Source: the human T2T-CHM13v2.0 reference genome, Homo sapiens | DNA: 64,000 nt | NCBI RefSeq assembly: GCF_009914755.1 | Contig: NC_060929.1 | Reading direction: 5' to 3' (one strand) | Shown here: positions 1-47,122 of the stretch, in pieces | Numbering within the stretch: the first letter of the stretch is position 1 | How the letters are laid out: each line of letters opens with the position of its first letter | Position numbers and translations under genes: made by a program | The notes under the pieces: generated by a model | What the model was told of the DNA's origin: nothing | Database searches by the model: none | Seen by the model: only the letters and a program-made list of their open reading frames with translations

Positions 1-2369
1 TTTTTTCATTCAGAATTCCCTGCTATACTTTATTTTCTAATAAACCTCACCTCTTCACAGGCCTTTCTATTTCCTCTGCCACTGGAGTGGTCATGACACC
101 TCACTCTAGCCCCTTCCCTCCTTTACAAGCCTTTTATCTACCAAAGCCCTCAGAATTGACCCTCCACCACCCATCTTGAGCAGGGAGAGTGGGGCAGGGC
201 TTCTTCCTGTGCATTTAGACCCTGGAGCAGCCTCATGCTACAGCGAGTTCTGGGAAACTGAGAAGAGAGGAGCCTGCAGGTGGGGTTGGGGTGAAATCAC
301 CCCAACTTTCTCCATTGAGGCCTCATATTGACCATAAGATAATGGGGCCCAGAATGGATAATTCCAGGGTCATATAGAGTTTCAGCCTTCTATCCCTCAG
401 CCTAGTCATGGTTTCTGTGTGCTCGGCTCAGAAACTACATGAAAAGAAAACCAAGGGGTTTGCCCTAGGGTCTGAGAGGCAGGGCGAGCACTTGCCTTCC
501 TAGCATGATGGAGGGTGGCTCATGCACTGCAGGTGGGAAAGCAAACTCGGCTGTGGTACTGCAGAGGCTCCACGATGTCCCCATTCAACCGACTGTTGGC
601 AAAGGTGCTTGTTTGTTTCTGAAGGCTGTTGCAAAAAAAACAAAAAAAAACAAAAAAAAACAAAAAGAAACAAGTGAATGCAGTTGGTTTCGGTGAATAG
701 GAATATAAACTCAGCCAAATTTAGCTTGAGTTTTTTCTTGGAGTATGCATTTGGTGGAAACTTATTGTGTATAAATCAAATTTGATTGCTGTGTAGGTGT
801 CATTACTTATCCCACGTTGTAAAACAATCAGGCTGGTGTGATTTGAAAATGTCCTTCACTAACCTCAGACACTGTCCCCTCATAACCCGATTCCCCTAGT
901 CATCTTTAATCTCTAGAATATAGTTTCTTGTGGTACTCAGGGGGCTTTCTGCTGTGAGCGATTAAAGGTACAAATCAGTGTTACCAACATTGGGGCTCTA
1001 AAAATTCATAGACAGCTGCCCGTTGGGCTCTATGCGAGAGACAGCAGGCTACAGCCTTGGCCTGGGCCTGCAGAGGAACATGATTTGGAGGAGCAGAAGG
1101 AAGGCATGAGGGCAGCAAAGCCACGAGGGAAGCCAAGGTGCAACATCAGGAGAGTCAGTTCTACATCACCTGGGCACGGCCGGAATGTTCAAGCCTCATC
1201 TGAAGGAGGAGTTGAGCTCCGACTTCATGGCTGGCCTGAACATTGGCCATCTTCCCAAAAGCCTGGACAGAGGAGCTACTTTCTTGTTTCTTGTCTTCTC
1301 CATCTCCCTGTGTGTTGACAGCAATGGCACCACCAGAAATTAGTGAGAGACAGAGAACAGGAGTGAGTTCCTGAAATGTTCAACTTAGCCCAGAGAGGAC
1401 ATGATCATTAGGGATGGACTTCAGGGTCAGGCCAGACACAGAGTAGTTGCCAGGCTTGATCACCCTGTGGCTGGGACAAAGATCAGCTTCTGGGAGTCGC
1501 TGGACAGGTGGTCCTTGTGTAGCTACTATTGGCCAAGAGTGTCCTGGCCCAGAGTTCCGTTTTACTGGAGGGAGCCTCAGCTCCAAGGCAGGGCAGCTGC
1601 CCAATGCTAGTGTTGGAGGAGGCGAGGAGGGGACCTTGCTCTAAGGCAGGCTGAACTCAACAAAGGGAGAGGGGCTGCCCTGGAGTTTAGGTGGTCCTTG
1701 CAACCCTCCCGCGTGATCCATAAGAGATCAGTTTCTCTGAGACAGCCTTGCAATCATTAGTCCCAAAGTCTGTAGTCTCCTACTCACAGGTGGAGGAATC
1801 CTGGCCATGGCTGGTCACTGGGAGGGCAGGGACTGTGTCCTCATCCTTCTTTCTCATCCCAGAGCTCAGCTCTGGGCAGCCCATCTTGGGCCCCAGTGAT
1901 GTTCCGATGCCTGCATTCCTGTTCTGAGATCTAGCACAAGTGTGCAAAAACTTTCTGCTCATTTTCTATAGTCTCCGGGTTCCCACACTTACCCAGTTAC
2001 CTGCGTGGGTTGTAATCCAGGGTCGGGGAGAAGAGGGTGGGCTCCTCAAACAGTGAGGTTTTCTCTTCTCTGCCCCTGCGGTTCTGGTCTGTCTGTTCCT
2101 GAAGTGTGCACTGAATGATTACAATAATAAATTTTGTATATGTTTTACCACAACAATGTCTGAAGTTCAATAAAATGAATGGAAAGTGCAAGAGAGGCAT
2201 ATGTAGACCCAGGAAAGATAAATGACATTGTCACATTTCAACAGGAAAGTGGAAATTTCCCAGGCCTCAAAACGCATAGGGGAATGATGAGACACTGCCA
2301 TGGCATCAGCAGTGCATGTCTGTGCTGCCAAGGCTCTGTCTTCCGTGGCTTTCCTGATGGTCTCATTGA

Positions 2370-19756
<17,387 letters not shown>

Positions 19757-20712
19757 AGACCTCTGAAGGTAAGTGAAGGATGCCCTGAGAACATGCTCCA
19801 GGAAACAGACACCCACTCCATAGCAGCCCCTGAGCCTGCTGGGCTGAGCCCTCCACAGGCTGCTTAGTGAGGGAGACACTGAGGTGCTGGTCGCACCCCC
19901 ATGTGCAGGACTCCAAGGGCTTTGCACTGTGTTGTCTGCAGTAACTCTTCAGCTCACCAACATCTCATTTGGGGGGACCTAGCTCTGTCTTCCCAGCCCC
20001 TTGAGGACAACAGGGAGCATCACTAGTTCATCCTGAGGAGACACTAGGGTTGACATGAATCCCCCTGGTTCAGGCCTCCTGGGAAAGGTGTGAGAGGGAT
20101 GGAGGCACCCCCAGGCTCCTTGTCACACAAGCGAGCAGCCCACCCGACCCAGTATTGCAGGCCAGCAGGCCCTCAGTAGGTCCTGGTGTCAAGCAGGGGA
20201 CACGGCAGGATCCAAGAAGCACTGAAATGTGTCCAGTCCCAGGAGTCCTTCAGCCTCTGGGGGGTCTGGGGGCCTCCAGTTCCAGGGGTCCTTCAGCCTC
20301 TGTGGGGGCCTGGGGTGGCCTCATGGCCCCATTTTTCAAGATGAGGTTGGAGGCTTCTGTATGTAGAGGGCACTGGCTTGGGCCAAATGCCAACAAAACA
20401 AACCCTTGAAGACATTTCAGGGCCATGCTCACTTGGGAGGGTTTGAGGACATGATTTAGCGAGCCTCTGTTTTTTAAATATATTTTCCAATCTTGAAATA
20501 AGGTACACATATGAATGTGTGTGTGTGTGTGTACATATACACTGTTTTTCACTCTTTCAAATGTATGTCTTCTGTAACCCTTTTATGCTAGAATATACAA
20601 ACATGAGAAATTTGTGTCTTACCAAAGCATAATTTTAAAAATTACAAAGCAAAGACAGGTCCGGTTGGGATGCTAGAAAGACCAGGTCTTATTAGGCAAT
20701 AACAATGACGTG

Positions 20713-20820
20713 CTCCAGGAAGCTATGCATATTCAACGTGCAGCTCTTCTCCAGGAAGCTATGCATGTTCAACGTGCAGCTCTTCTCCAGGAAGCTATGC
20801 ATATTCAACGTGCAGCTCTT
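20713..20820. repeat. 36-bp minisatellite x3 (ctccaggaagctatgcatRttcaacgtgcagctctt)
   Basis: Three near-perfect tandem copies read directly. Confidence 0.95.
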
Positions 20821-21267
20821 CCGTCTGGATGGCACAGAGGATCTGGGTGGCAAGGCAGGGTCACCACCCCCACCCTGTGTCATGAGACCTCCTGCTCCTC
20901 TTAGGGCCCAGGGGCATGGGACTCTGCCTGTTGATCCTGGTATGCTTGAAATTCCGTTTCTGTGTGTCTGTTTTACCCTCCGGGGAACCAGCCCCCTGAA
21001 GGTGCCCGTGTGAGCGCCCAGGTTCATTCTTCCTCCATGACACTCACAGACACTCTCTGTGGACAGATAACCCCTCAGCAGAGAGCAGCACACAGGGCTC
21101 AGTGCCTTGACATCTGAGTAGACCTGACTGTGGGGAGCTCAGGGGCCCCAGGTCACCTTCCAGGGCCCAAGGAGGTCTCTGAGACCTGCACACCCATCCC
21201 AGGGAGCCCCTCCTCCCTCCACCTCTGTGCCTCTCTAGTGACCCTTGCACCTCTGTCTGTGTTGCAG

Positions 21268-25215
<3,948 letters not shown>

Positions 25216-26734
25216 AAAGGATAATATTGATGATGAAATGTCTTACGATGATCATTTAGAGGTTTATTTTGAACAACTGGCAATTCCAGGAATGATGGAA
25301 TAAAGCATACGAAGTAGAAGGACTGGAACCTCCAGAAAAAGTACTTTAAGTTACCTACAGGTGATCCTAGTCAGGTATGTTACAGTCTTAATGGCTTTTC
25401 AGAAATTTGACAGAAAATCACTATTGATCTCACTGGATGTTTACATGAATTTTAAGCCTTTGGTTTTCTTTTAACTCTGTTTTTTACAGGTATGAATTGA
25501 TAAGAAATGCCTGCACCTTCCCTCCTTCCTATCTTTCCCTTGCCTACAGAAAATTAAAAGGCAAAACAATAGACATCTGCATATTCTTCATTCAGATCAA
25601 CCAGTGGCTAGCATTTGCCACCTTTTGCAGTTTCTTTCTCTTTCCATAAGTACTTTCTTCTCTGAATCATTTGAAAGTAAGTTGCAAAGAGCATGGTGTT
25701 TTACCCCAACACTTCAGCATTTATCTCTTGTGAATAATGACATGTTCTATGTAATTACAGTTCTACCATCTAACTATAATACAGTAATTTGATGTACAGC
25801 CCATATTCAGATTTACCTAATTGTCTCCAAAATGTTCTTTATTTTTGTTTTAGATCCACAGTTTAATCAAAGATTAACCTTGCCTTTGGTTGTCACATCT
25901 CTCTATTCTTTTACTTTGGAGTAGTTCTTTCAATACATGAAACATTTTGAAAAATCTAGGCTCTTTGTTTTGTGGAGTGACCCATAATCTAGATATATCT
26001 GGTTGCTTTTTTCTTCTGACTAGAATAGATTGAGCATTTTGGCAAGAATACAGATTAAACAGTGTTCTCATGAATGGATCCAGATTAAACAGGGAATAAT
26101 GCCTAATTCAGATTAGGCAGTGTTGCGTACTTACCACCTCACACCAGGAGATGTTTGCGTCTGTTTGTCCCACGATTGCTGATGCTATGTTTAATAATTT
26201 TGGTTGAGATAGTGTCAACTGGACATCTCCTTGTGAGGGTAGCTTTTCCCTTTTGTTATTAGTCATCTGTGGAATGAGACATCAAAGCACTGTGAACATC
26301 TTACTCCCCGGCAAACTTCACGAGCTGGTTTCAGCGTCATTGCTGAAGGCTCTTGGAAACATTGCTTACACCCGTGGTTCCAATGGTGATTTTTCTCATT
26401 CCTTTTACATTGATTACCTGCCTCCTTGAGTGAGGTAGATGTTGTCTGCTCCCCATGTTTTCCCTTCAAATGTTTAATTTTAATTTAAATGATTAATACA
26501 GCTAAGTTATTCTTTCAACAGGCAAATGAAAACAGTAGCCTAAAGTGTCAGTTTCAACCAGAAAATAACAGCTCTGATTTCTCATGGCTCATACTCGTCT
26601 GAAACGACTCAGGTAGAGGCTGAGGAAGGCCGTGTTGTTTGTCTACCTGGGACTAGTAAGTATAGAAATAGAATTCCTTTGTTCTTAAATTCTACCTTTG
26701 ACTTTACTTTTAAAATATAATTTCTTTGGTACGA

Positions 26735-28699
<1,965 letters not shown>

Positions 28700-28847
28700 G
28701 GCAATAAGAGGTTCTATGTGGACTTTGAAGGTCGTCTCTATCAATTTGAGGTTGGAAAGAACAGTTTTGTTGACATCCTTTAGCTGTGTTACAAGTACAA
28801 TTTTGTTTTTTACTCAGGCAAAAGAAAATGTGTGTGTGTGTTAAATA

Positions 28848-29116
28848 CAGTCAGCCCTCTTTATCTGTGGGTCCTGCATCCTTGCTTTCTACCAACCTCA
28901 GATCAAAAATATTCCAGAAAAAAAAGGATGGTTGCATCTGTACTGAATATGTACAAGCTTTTTTTCTTGTCATTCTTTATGCAATAAAGTATAACAACCA
29001 TTTACGTTGCATTTCCATTGTATTAGGTATTGTGGGTAATCTAGAGATGATTTGAAGGATATTGGAGGGTGTGTCCAGGCTGCAGGCAAGTACTATGGCA
29101 TTTTATGTCAGGGACA
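28848..29116 (-). mobile_element. MER2-like (TcMar-Tigger) DNA transposon remnant
   Basis: Terminus cagtcagccctctttatctgtgggtcctgcatcc...aaccaacctcagatcaaaaatattc; inverted paralog at about 54236-54541. Confidence 0.7.
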
Positions 29117-30150
29117 CCTACAGATTTTTGTCTCCAGCCATGGTTCCTGTATAGTTTAACATTTCCACACGCTGAGGGTGTGATGGGTCTGAGTTGGGTT
29201 GGTCCCCCATGTTTGAGGAAGTGTGCCCATCATGATTGTACACCCTTGTTGTAAACTTCGGATATGTCTATTTTGATATTTAAAACATTTTCAGGTTAAG
29301 TCTGAAAAATGCCAAGATAGTAACAATATTTTAAAAGGGAATTCAGAAGTATTACTATAATAATAGAACTCATTATTAGAACATTCTAATAGTAGAAAAG
29401 GAAGTCTATTTATTTTATAAAATTGTCAGTTCAGCTTAAGATCTAATAGTCTTTTCCAATTAGCAGCAACTTAATTGAGACTACCTCAAAAGAAGAATTT
29501 AACATTTATTTTTGTAGAAAAAAAGCAATTTTAAAATAGCCTGGGAAAACTTAGGTAAGTTTTCCTTAATCCTGACTCCTAATTTGTGGCTAGAAGTGGC
29601 AATGATATGAACATAAGTTGTGCTATTTGTTAATATATTGCTTTTCATAAATCAATCCCTTTTTTGTAATTAGGTAAAAAGAGAAGAGAAAGACATTCTT
29701 GATTTTGGTGACTAGAGTTGTAGATGCTGGAAGCTTTGCCACTAACATTGATGAACCAGATGCATGTCACCAGCCCATCACGGTGATTCTTAATGCCGTT
29801 AAGTATGAACATACAGTAAAAGACTGTTGATAGAATACATCGGTCTTATGAAATGAAATGTGTTGGTTAAGGATTTTTTAAACGAATTTCACATTACACA
29901 ACTGGCTTTACTAAATCTGAGTCTTGTATTTCTGAACAGGGCACCATGGGCCCGGCACTGCCACGTTTTCCAAGGAACCTGCCGGAGCTCCTGCGGAAGC
30001 TGCTCCTCAGGCGATGGAGTCCCTTCGCTGGTAGGCCCTTCTTCAGTCACCACAGGATGCCTGCCATTCATGAACAAGAAGGAGAGGACGGGCTTTGAAT
30101 AAAAAACAGGTAAGTTTCCAAACTGCTTTTTTTCATCAAGATTTCAATCT

Positions 30151-36278
<6,128 letters not shown>

Positions 36279-36469
36279 AAAGAAAACATATTCAAATCAA
36301 TTTTTAGTTCAGAAAATGTTTCTTTCATTGTATCTTTGAATTTTATTGTTCTGCATTTTTTACTTCAAAAACACCTACTATATGCATTTTTTTCTCTCGT
36401 TTCCTTTTTTTTCCAAGAAATGTTTTTGTCCTTTTGATTTTTTCACTGACCATTACCATTATTTATATA

Positions 36470-36985
36470 CCATGTACCTGGAGAGTTTCCAATGTTTCTC
36501 TTTGGTCTGAGAAGATACTTGCTATGATTTTCACTTTTTAAATGCTCTTTTGAGATTTGTTTTGTGGCCTAAAATGTGGTCTATCCTGGAGAATGTTCTG
36601 TGAGCTGATGAGAAGAATGCACGTTCTGCAGTTGGTGGGTGAAATGTTCTGTAATTACCTGTGAGGTCCCTTTGACTTCTCTTGGAGTCAGTCTGGTCTG
36701 TTACTTTTCTGCCTAGAGGGTGTGTCTGTTGCTGAAAGTGGGTGTTGGAGTCCCCAGCTATTATTGTCTGTCTCTGTCTGTTGCTCGAATAACTCTTACT
36801 TTAATAACTGGGGCTCCTGTGTCAGGTGTGTTTACATTGACAACTGTCCTACCTTCTTGCTGAATTGATCTCTTTATCATTTTATAATGACCTTTATTTT
36901 CTATTTTTGTGCTTTTTTGACTTAAAGCCTACTTTGTGTGACAAGCATAGCTATACATACTCACTTTTGGTAACACTTTTCATTT
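36470..36985 (-). mobile_element. Old L1 (L1M) ORF2 fragment
   Basis: gatttgttttgtggcctaaaatgtggtctatcctggagaatgttc is typical antisense L1 sequence. Confidence 0.7.
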
Positions 36986-37419
36986 CTTATCATCTTCATT
37001 GAATCTCACTTCTTCACATTTACCAAAATGTCTACTTTTGAGCTGTGGCACCTCTTTGAATCTTCAGATCCACCACATGCTGATCAAGCCTTCCTTTTTG
37101 TCTGTACTCTGAGGAATCCCAAACAGGCATTTTTGCAAGAAAGTCTAGGAGGGAAACATAAATCTATGTGTCAAAAAAATGAACATAGAAAATAATGTGT
37201 CCTGGTTAACAAAAGTTCTCATTGTAAAGTGTTATGCACAAGACTATGGAATTTCATGTGCCATAAATAAAATTGTCTTGATTTGTCTAAAACTACATTT
37301 TGTCTAAAACTACTTTTAAAAATTACATGTTACTCTAATAAATGTATTTTTGAGAATTTGGTGACTTATTTCCTAGATCTCTTTCTTTAATTTTAAATTA
37401 AATTCCAGCATATTTTGTT

Positions 37420-37976
37420 TGTGTGAGGCAGAAATTTAAAAATAAATATGCAATTATTCACTCCAAGAAAAGTAACAGGCAAGGCAAGGGTTAAAAAGAA
37501 AAGAACAAGTTTTCCTCTGCTTAGCAGCTCACTTCAAGGACAGTTATTAGATAAGGCTGTTTGAGAAGCCAAGGCCAAAGGAATGGGCTCCAGACACCCC
37601 CTCTTCCAGAGCAAGGATGAAGGAAAAAAAAGAAAAAGACAATTTATTTTACTGTTACTCTTTCCCCAGCCTTCTTAAGCATGATTATGTTTTACAAATG
37701 TCCGTATTTAGCCAGTTCCTGTTTTTCTTTCAATGCAGCTACAAGGCCACTGGCTATGCAAGGCCACAAGTTGTGCTATGCTCTAGATTATGTGACCTGT
37801 CATATGATTAGCTGCTTTTGTTTTATTTATTGTAAGTCCACTTACAAAAACCCCACTCTGTCTTTGTTTAATGCTCAGCTTTTTGGATGCGAATCCACTG
37901 AGCCAATGTGTACCTAAAATAAACAATCCTCCTGTACTCTCATATCAGTCTCTCCAGTCCTCAGTTTCCTGCAACA
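37420..37976 (+). mobile_element. Solo ERV LTR (ERV1-like; subfamily not assigned)
   Basis: TG...CA termini, 4-bp TSD tgtt on both sides, AATAAA at about 37918, length about 557 bp. Confidence 0.7.
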
Positions 37977-38079
37977 TGTTGTGTGTGACTTTCATGTCAT
38001 AAATAGTTTATCAAGAAACATTTTGAATGGATCTAATGGATTGTGTGGTTGTCTAAACGTTAATAGTCTGAAGACATCA

Positions 38080-39170
38080 AGCGCGCAGGAGCTGGGCAGG
38101 GGTAGGATCATGGTGCAGGCAGGACCAGGGTGCAGTGCGGATGGGCTCCAGTAGGAGTGGGGTGCTGGTGGGGCAGGGGTGGGGGTAGGTGTGGGGGGCG
38201 AGTCAGAGCAGGGTGCTCCTAGGAGTCGGGTGCTGGTGGGGTGGGGCACAGATAGGAGCAGGTTGTAGGTAGGAGCTAGGTGTGGGTAATATTGGGGTGC
38301 TGGTGGGGTGGGGCATGGGTGGTATGGGGTACTGGTAGGGCAGGGTGTGGGTAGGAGCAGGGTTCAGGTAGGGGCTGGCGCTGGAGTGGTGGGGCATGTG
38401 TAGCAGTGGGCTGCGAGTAGGAGCCGGGTTCAAGTAGGAGTAGGGTGATTGCTGGGCTAGGCATGTGTAGGATGGGGTGCTGGCAGGGCACGGAGCTGGA
38501 AGGAGCAGAACGCAGGTAAAAGCAGGGTGCTGGCGGGGCATGGCATGGGTGGGAGTGGAGTGCGGGTAAGACTGGGGTTCTGGCGGGGCGAGCATGTGTA
38601 GGATGGTAGCAGTTGGGTAGGAGGTGCTGTAGGACTGGTAGCAGTTGGGTGCTGGCGGATTGGGGCGCCTGTAGGATGCGGTGCTGCCGGGCAGGGCAGC
38701 AGGTAGGAGAAAGGTCCATGTAGGAGCTAGGTGCTCCGGGGCTGGACGCAGGTAGGAGCGGGGTGTGGGTAGGAGCAGGATGACAGCTGGGCCAGGCCCA
38801 GGAAGGAGGAGAGTGTGGGTAGGAACTGAGTGCTGATGACGCAGGGCCCAGGTAGAAGAGGGGTCCGGGTGGAGCAGGATGCTGACGGGGCACGGCACGG
38901 CGGGGTACTGGTGGGGAGAAGCGTGTAGGCGCGGGGTGCGGGTAGGATCGGGGTCCTGGAGGCGCGTGGGAGGATGCGACGGAGTGCGGTAGGGGCAGGG
39001 TGATTGTGGGGCGGGGGGCGGGTAAGACGTGGTGCTGGCAGGGCCGGGTGTGGGTAGAGCAGAGCGGTAGGAGCAGGGTGCCGGTGGGGCGGGGCGCGGT
39101 TAGGACAGGGCAGGGCGTTGGTAGGAGCCGGGTGCCAGCAGGAGTAGGGTGCAGGACGCGGGTAGGATCG
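38080..39170. repeat. Degenerate G-rich minisatellite (core ggtaggagcagggtgctgg, period roughly 35-40 bp)
   Basis: gtagga(g/t) recurs more than 20 times among GGG/GGGG runs; extreme G skew. Confidence 0.8.
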
Positions 39171-40000
39171 AAACCTCATGCTGGAAAGGCCACCAGTAGC
39201 CTGGGTCCCCGTACCTCTGCAGGCGCAGCCGCTCTTTTCACCTGGTGCGCCAGCTTGCAAGTCGTGCATTTACCTCTTTTGGCTGCACAGAGGGCAGGGA
39301 AGCCTCGCGGGTATGCAAGATCGGGAATGGCTGGGGGTGCGACCAAGGGGACTTGGAGAACCGCCCCGCCTCCCCAGGTTCCCCTGGTAGAGCGCACCAC
39401 CCCCCACCCCCGCGAGTTTTCAGAGGCCCAGGCCCTGTGGAGCTGGGTCTCTGCGGAAGGGGTGGGGACCGGGCAGAGGCAGGAGGACGGAAAGAGCTGG
39501 GCAGGGAAGGGGGCCAAGAGAGCCCTTTCTCAACATCCAGGTTAGTGGATAGGCTGGGGGTCCTGCAGAAATGTAACCATGTGTGGAAAAACAGGAAATG
39601 GGGAGGGGCGAGGAAGAGGAGTTGGTCACCCGGCAGCAGGTGGTGGCTTAGACAATCAGGGGCTGAGGGGCTGGCTTCTCACTGTCAGGTCCTGGGCTGG
39701 TAAGTTTCAGGGAACTCAGATGAAACAAATGTAACTTTCTTTAAGAGTAACAGGATCGATTTCTCTGTTTATTCAAGGAAGCTGTATACATCGGGTCTAT
39801 GGGAGAATTGGGCACCTTTCAGCCTCACGGGGGGAGCTGTAAGGGTGGGCGCCCTTCCCCCCCTCTACACAAGCGCACTCTTAGGATGTGGGACGGGCGG
39901 CAGAGGAAAGCGGGCAGCAGAGGAGAGTGGGCGGCAGAGGAGAGCGGGCAGCAGAGGAGAGCGCGCAACAGAGAGGAACTGGAGCCCCAAAGACTCTAGT
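38850..40000. promoter_or_regulatory. CpG/GC-rich block with GC boxes, candidate promoter or CpG island
   Basis: Elevated CpG, GGGCGG boxes (e.g. about 39008, 39087, 39895); activity cannot be shown from sequence. Confidence 0.4.
39895..39962. repeat. 17-bp tandem repeat x4 (gggcRgcagaggagagc)
   Basis: Read directly. Confidence 0.85.
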
Positions 40001-41607
40001 TTCCCCCAAATAAATGATAGCCATGAACATATTCACCTCACAAGGAGAAGCCAGGGGGCCTGCGCTGGGGGGTTGTGGGCTGAGGTTGGAAGTGGGTTTT
40101 GGGCCTTTGTGGGGAAAGTCCTCTGTTCTCTCCCCATCCCCTAGCTGCCTCTTGAGGTCCGGCCTGCATCTAGGCACATAGGGATGGAGGAAGGGAAGCC
40201 CATGCGGCCTTGGGGTGGGAGGGCCTAGGAACCTGAGCCTGGGGTGCCCCCGGGCCAGCTGCTCGTGTCCTTGCTGTGTCCCACGTGCACGTCCAGAAAC
40301 CAGGAACCTGGAACCTGGTGGGGCTCAGGGCTGAATCTGCAATCAGCACATCAGTCTGCAGATTTGAAGTCAAAGTGAAGTCGCCCTCGCAGGCAGGATG
40401 GAGAGCTGCCAAGACAGGGTCTGGCTCAGACTCAGCCAACCGCTATGTCCAGAGCCGGCCTGCTGAGGGGGAGGTGGTGGGGGGAGCCTGGGAGCAGGGG
40501 CAGCCAGCCCAGGAGAGCTAACCTGGACCTAGGGACCAGGTGCTGCCTGCCACCCACCCTCGTCAGGGGCTGACAAACCTGCAGTTGGCCACAGGGAGCT
40601 CCCCAGGGTGCAGACGGGTCCCGTCTCTGTGGCTAGCAGATACCCAGGCTGCACCCTCACGCCTATACCCAGGGAAGGGAACTGATAAGGAGGGAGAGGC
40701 TGGGGGCGAGGGTTGCGTGGAACTTTTGGTGGCAAACAAGCTCCTGTGACTGTCTTTCAGGAGAATGAAGAGGTAAGCGGGTGGGTCTGAATAGCCCCCT
40801 CCCCACACTTCCCAGGGACCACTCTGGCCAGACCTTGGCTGACGTGCACAAGCTGAATGTCTAGCTCAGCTCTGTGACGGCCTCGAGGCCCATCTGAGAT
40901 GGCAGTTCCCAGAATCTGAACCACTTCTCCCCTGTCTCTCCACCCCACCCTTGGGGAGCTTGAGTGGAGACCTGACACCATGGGGGGATACAGCCTTCTC
41001 CTGAGAAAAACGTCTGTAGGGGATCTTACATGGGTGCACCCTGCACGCTTGCACACATGCACACACCTGTCTCCACATATGTGGACACACATGCCCATGG
41101 ATGTATATCTTTTCCCACGTGCACGTCCAGGAACCTGACCAGAGGGTCGTCCAGTAGAGGACAGAGTTGAAGCCTGGGGCCTGCTGGCCTTGGGGGCTGC
41201 AGGGAGAGGAGACTCAGCCCTGCCAGGGCCTGGGTGTGGGCTCAGGATCCAGAACATCAGGCAGCAGGAAAGAACTCCTCATCCAGCAGAGTAGAAGCGG
41301 GGCCCCTCCTGAGGTCCCACAAGGGGAATTTGGGGCCAGGTGGGGTGCAAGGCAGACGTGCCAGCCTGCAACTGCCCAGGAGGCCTGGCCCTGACTTCTC
41401 TTTGTCCCCAAGGAGAGGAGGGCCTGCACCCCGGGCTCTGCCTCCCTTTCTTGACACCCCTTAGTCATCTCTATCTAATTTAAAGTATGTTTATGCTATT
41501 AATTTTTCAGCACACAATCTTAAATACCTACACAAGGAAAGTGCTACTGTCATAATGCCATGTGAAAATTCTACCAGCAAAAAATTATGTAAAAATATTA
41601 TGCTAGC

Positions 41608-43720
<2,113 letters not shown>

Positions 43721-45104
43721 AACAACTAAGTTTTTAAAAATTTTTATTATGTCCAGTACTATGGAATCTGTTCACTGAAATGGATATTTAACATTAAAGG
43801 TCCAATTAAAGCATTTCCAGAACTTAAAAAAGAAAACAAATACTTTTTCTTGGAGTTAAGTTCTATAGCAGAAAAAAGACAAATAAACACAGTTAAATTT
43901 TAATGTATACAATGAAATAATGTATTATAGTATTATTCCAAACATACCATTTTCTAATAAAATATTAATAACTGTATAAGAGATTTTAGCTATTCTTGCA
44001 CCTAGTCTCAGATTTTTAAATAAGTGCTTTTTAGATTTAATAAATAACATTGAAGGAATGTCTATAAGAATTTACTATCAGAAATAATATGATTTCTGTC
44101 ACTTCCATGCTCATAAAATTAAACTCTCAAATGTCAAATCTGATTAAATATCAAAAATTACTCATAAAAATGTCATAGCTTGGAAACTGGACGTTACTGG
44201 ATTTTATAGCACAAAAAGTATAAGCTTCTCTTTAAAAATCAAAATGAAATATACTGTACTTATTCCAGGGTATATGCAAAGAGCAATAAAATCAAGGAAT
44301 ATGAAAGCAAATAAATTAGGAAGTCAAAACAAGACTATCTGGACATTATATAGAGTTATGAATCTTTATTATTTTAGCTCATTCAGAATATAGTGGTATA
44401 GGCATTTTCTAGGAGATATGTATAATCCAACAATATGTTTCTGTTATTTTCTATTAGAGATTTCTATTAGATGAACAATAATGTCTTACTTTATATAATG
44501 GCTCAAATATAATTTTATATGGTCCTATGTCTGAACACAGTGTACAAAATCTACATAGGTAAAAATGATGCAGCTTAATTTTAAGTAGTGAAGCAAAGCT
44601 AACTGTCTTCTGCTCAGAACAAAGTTATTTTTCTTTAAATGCATTAAACATAAAGGAAATATTAGTAGGACTTGGTGAATAACAGTTAATAGTGATAATT
44701 GAAACCATCCAATCACCTACCCATATACCATGACATTTATTGTACAGGAAATTTCATCAAAATGCTACATTGTGTAAAATAAAAGCATGGGGCTTGATTT
44801 CTTTAGGGTCTTTAATCTTTATGGAAGAATTTTAACCTAAACTAAAATTTAGAAAATGAATTCTGATGAAACTTGAAAGATTATGAAATATTTTAATCTC
44901 CCTACATCAGGAACTCCGGATAGACTGTTACTAACTGGCTTCCTATGGCCCAAGGCTGAGAGGAAAGGCAAGGCAAACATTTGGTGTCCTATCTATATAA
45001 TGGAGCTTTTTTTTAACAACTCAGATTGTTACCCATCCCATCTTTCAGTAGGCTGGGAAGAAAAATAAGGAAATATTCCTTTCTTTTTAATGCAAAAAAA
45101 GATT

Positions 45105-47110
<2,006 letters not shown>

Positions 47111-47122
47111 TGCTCATGGAGT

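Noticed and set aside
633-672. A-rich tract giving a poly-Lys ORF (505-696)
   Set aside because: Simple (A)nC low-complexity sequence in an intron.
20713-20820. 36-bp direct repeats resembling a CRISPR array
   Set aside because: No unique spacers, copies are contiguous, eukaryotic context and no cas genes.
38203-39703. Longest ORFs in the track (231, 205, 180, 181 and 152 aa; Pro- or Gly-rich)
   Set aside because: Open frames arise from the stop-poor G/C-skewed minisatellite; they overlap on both strands and show no recognisable domain.
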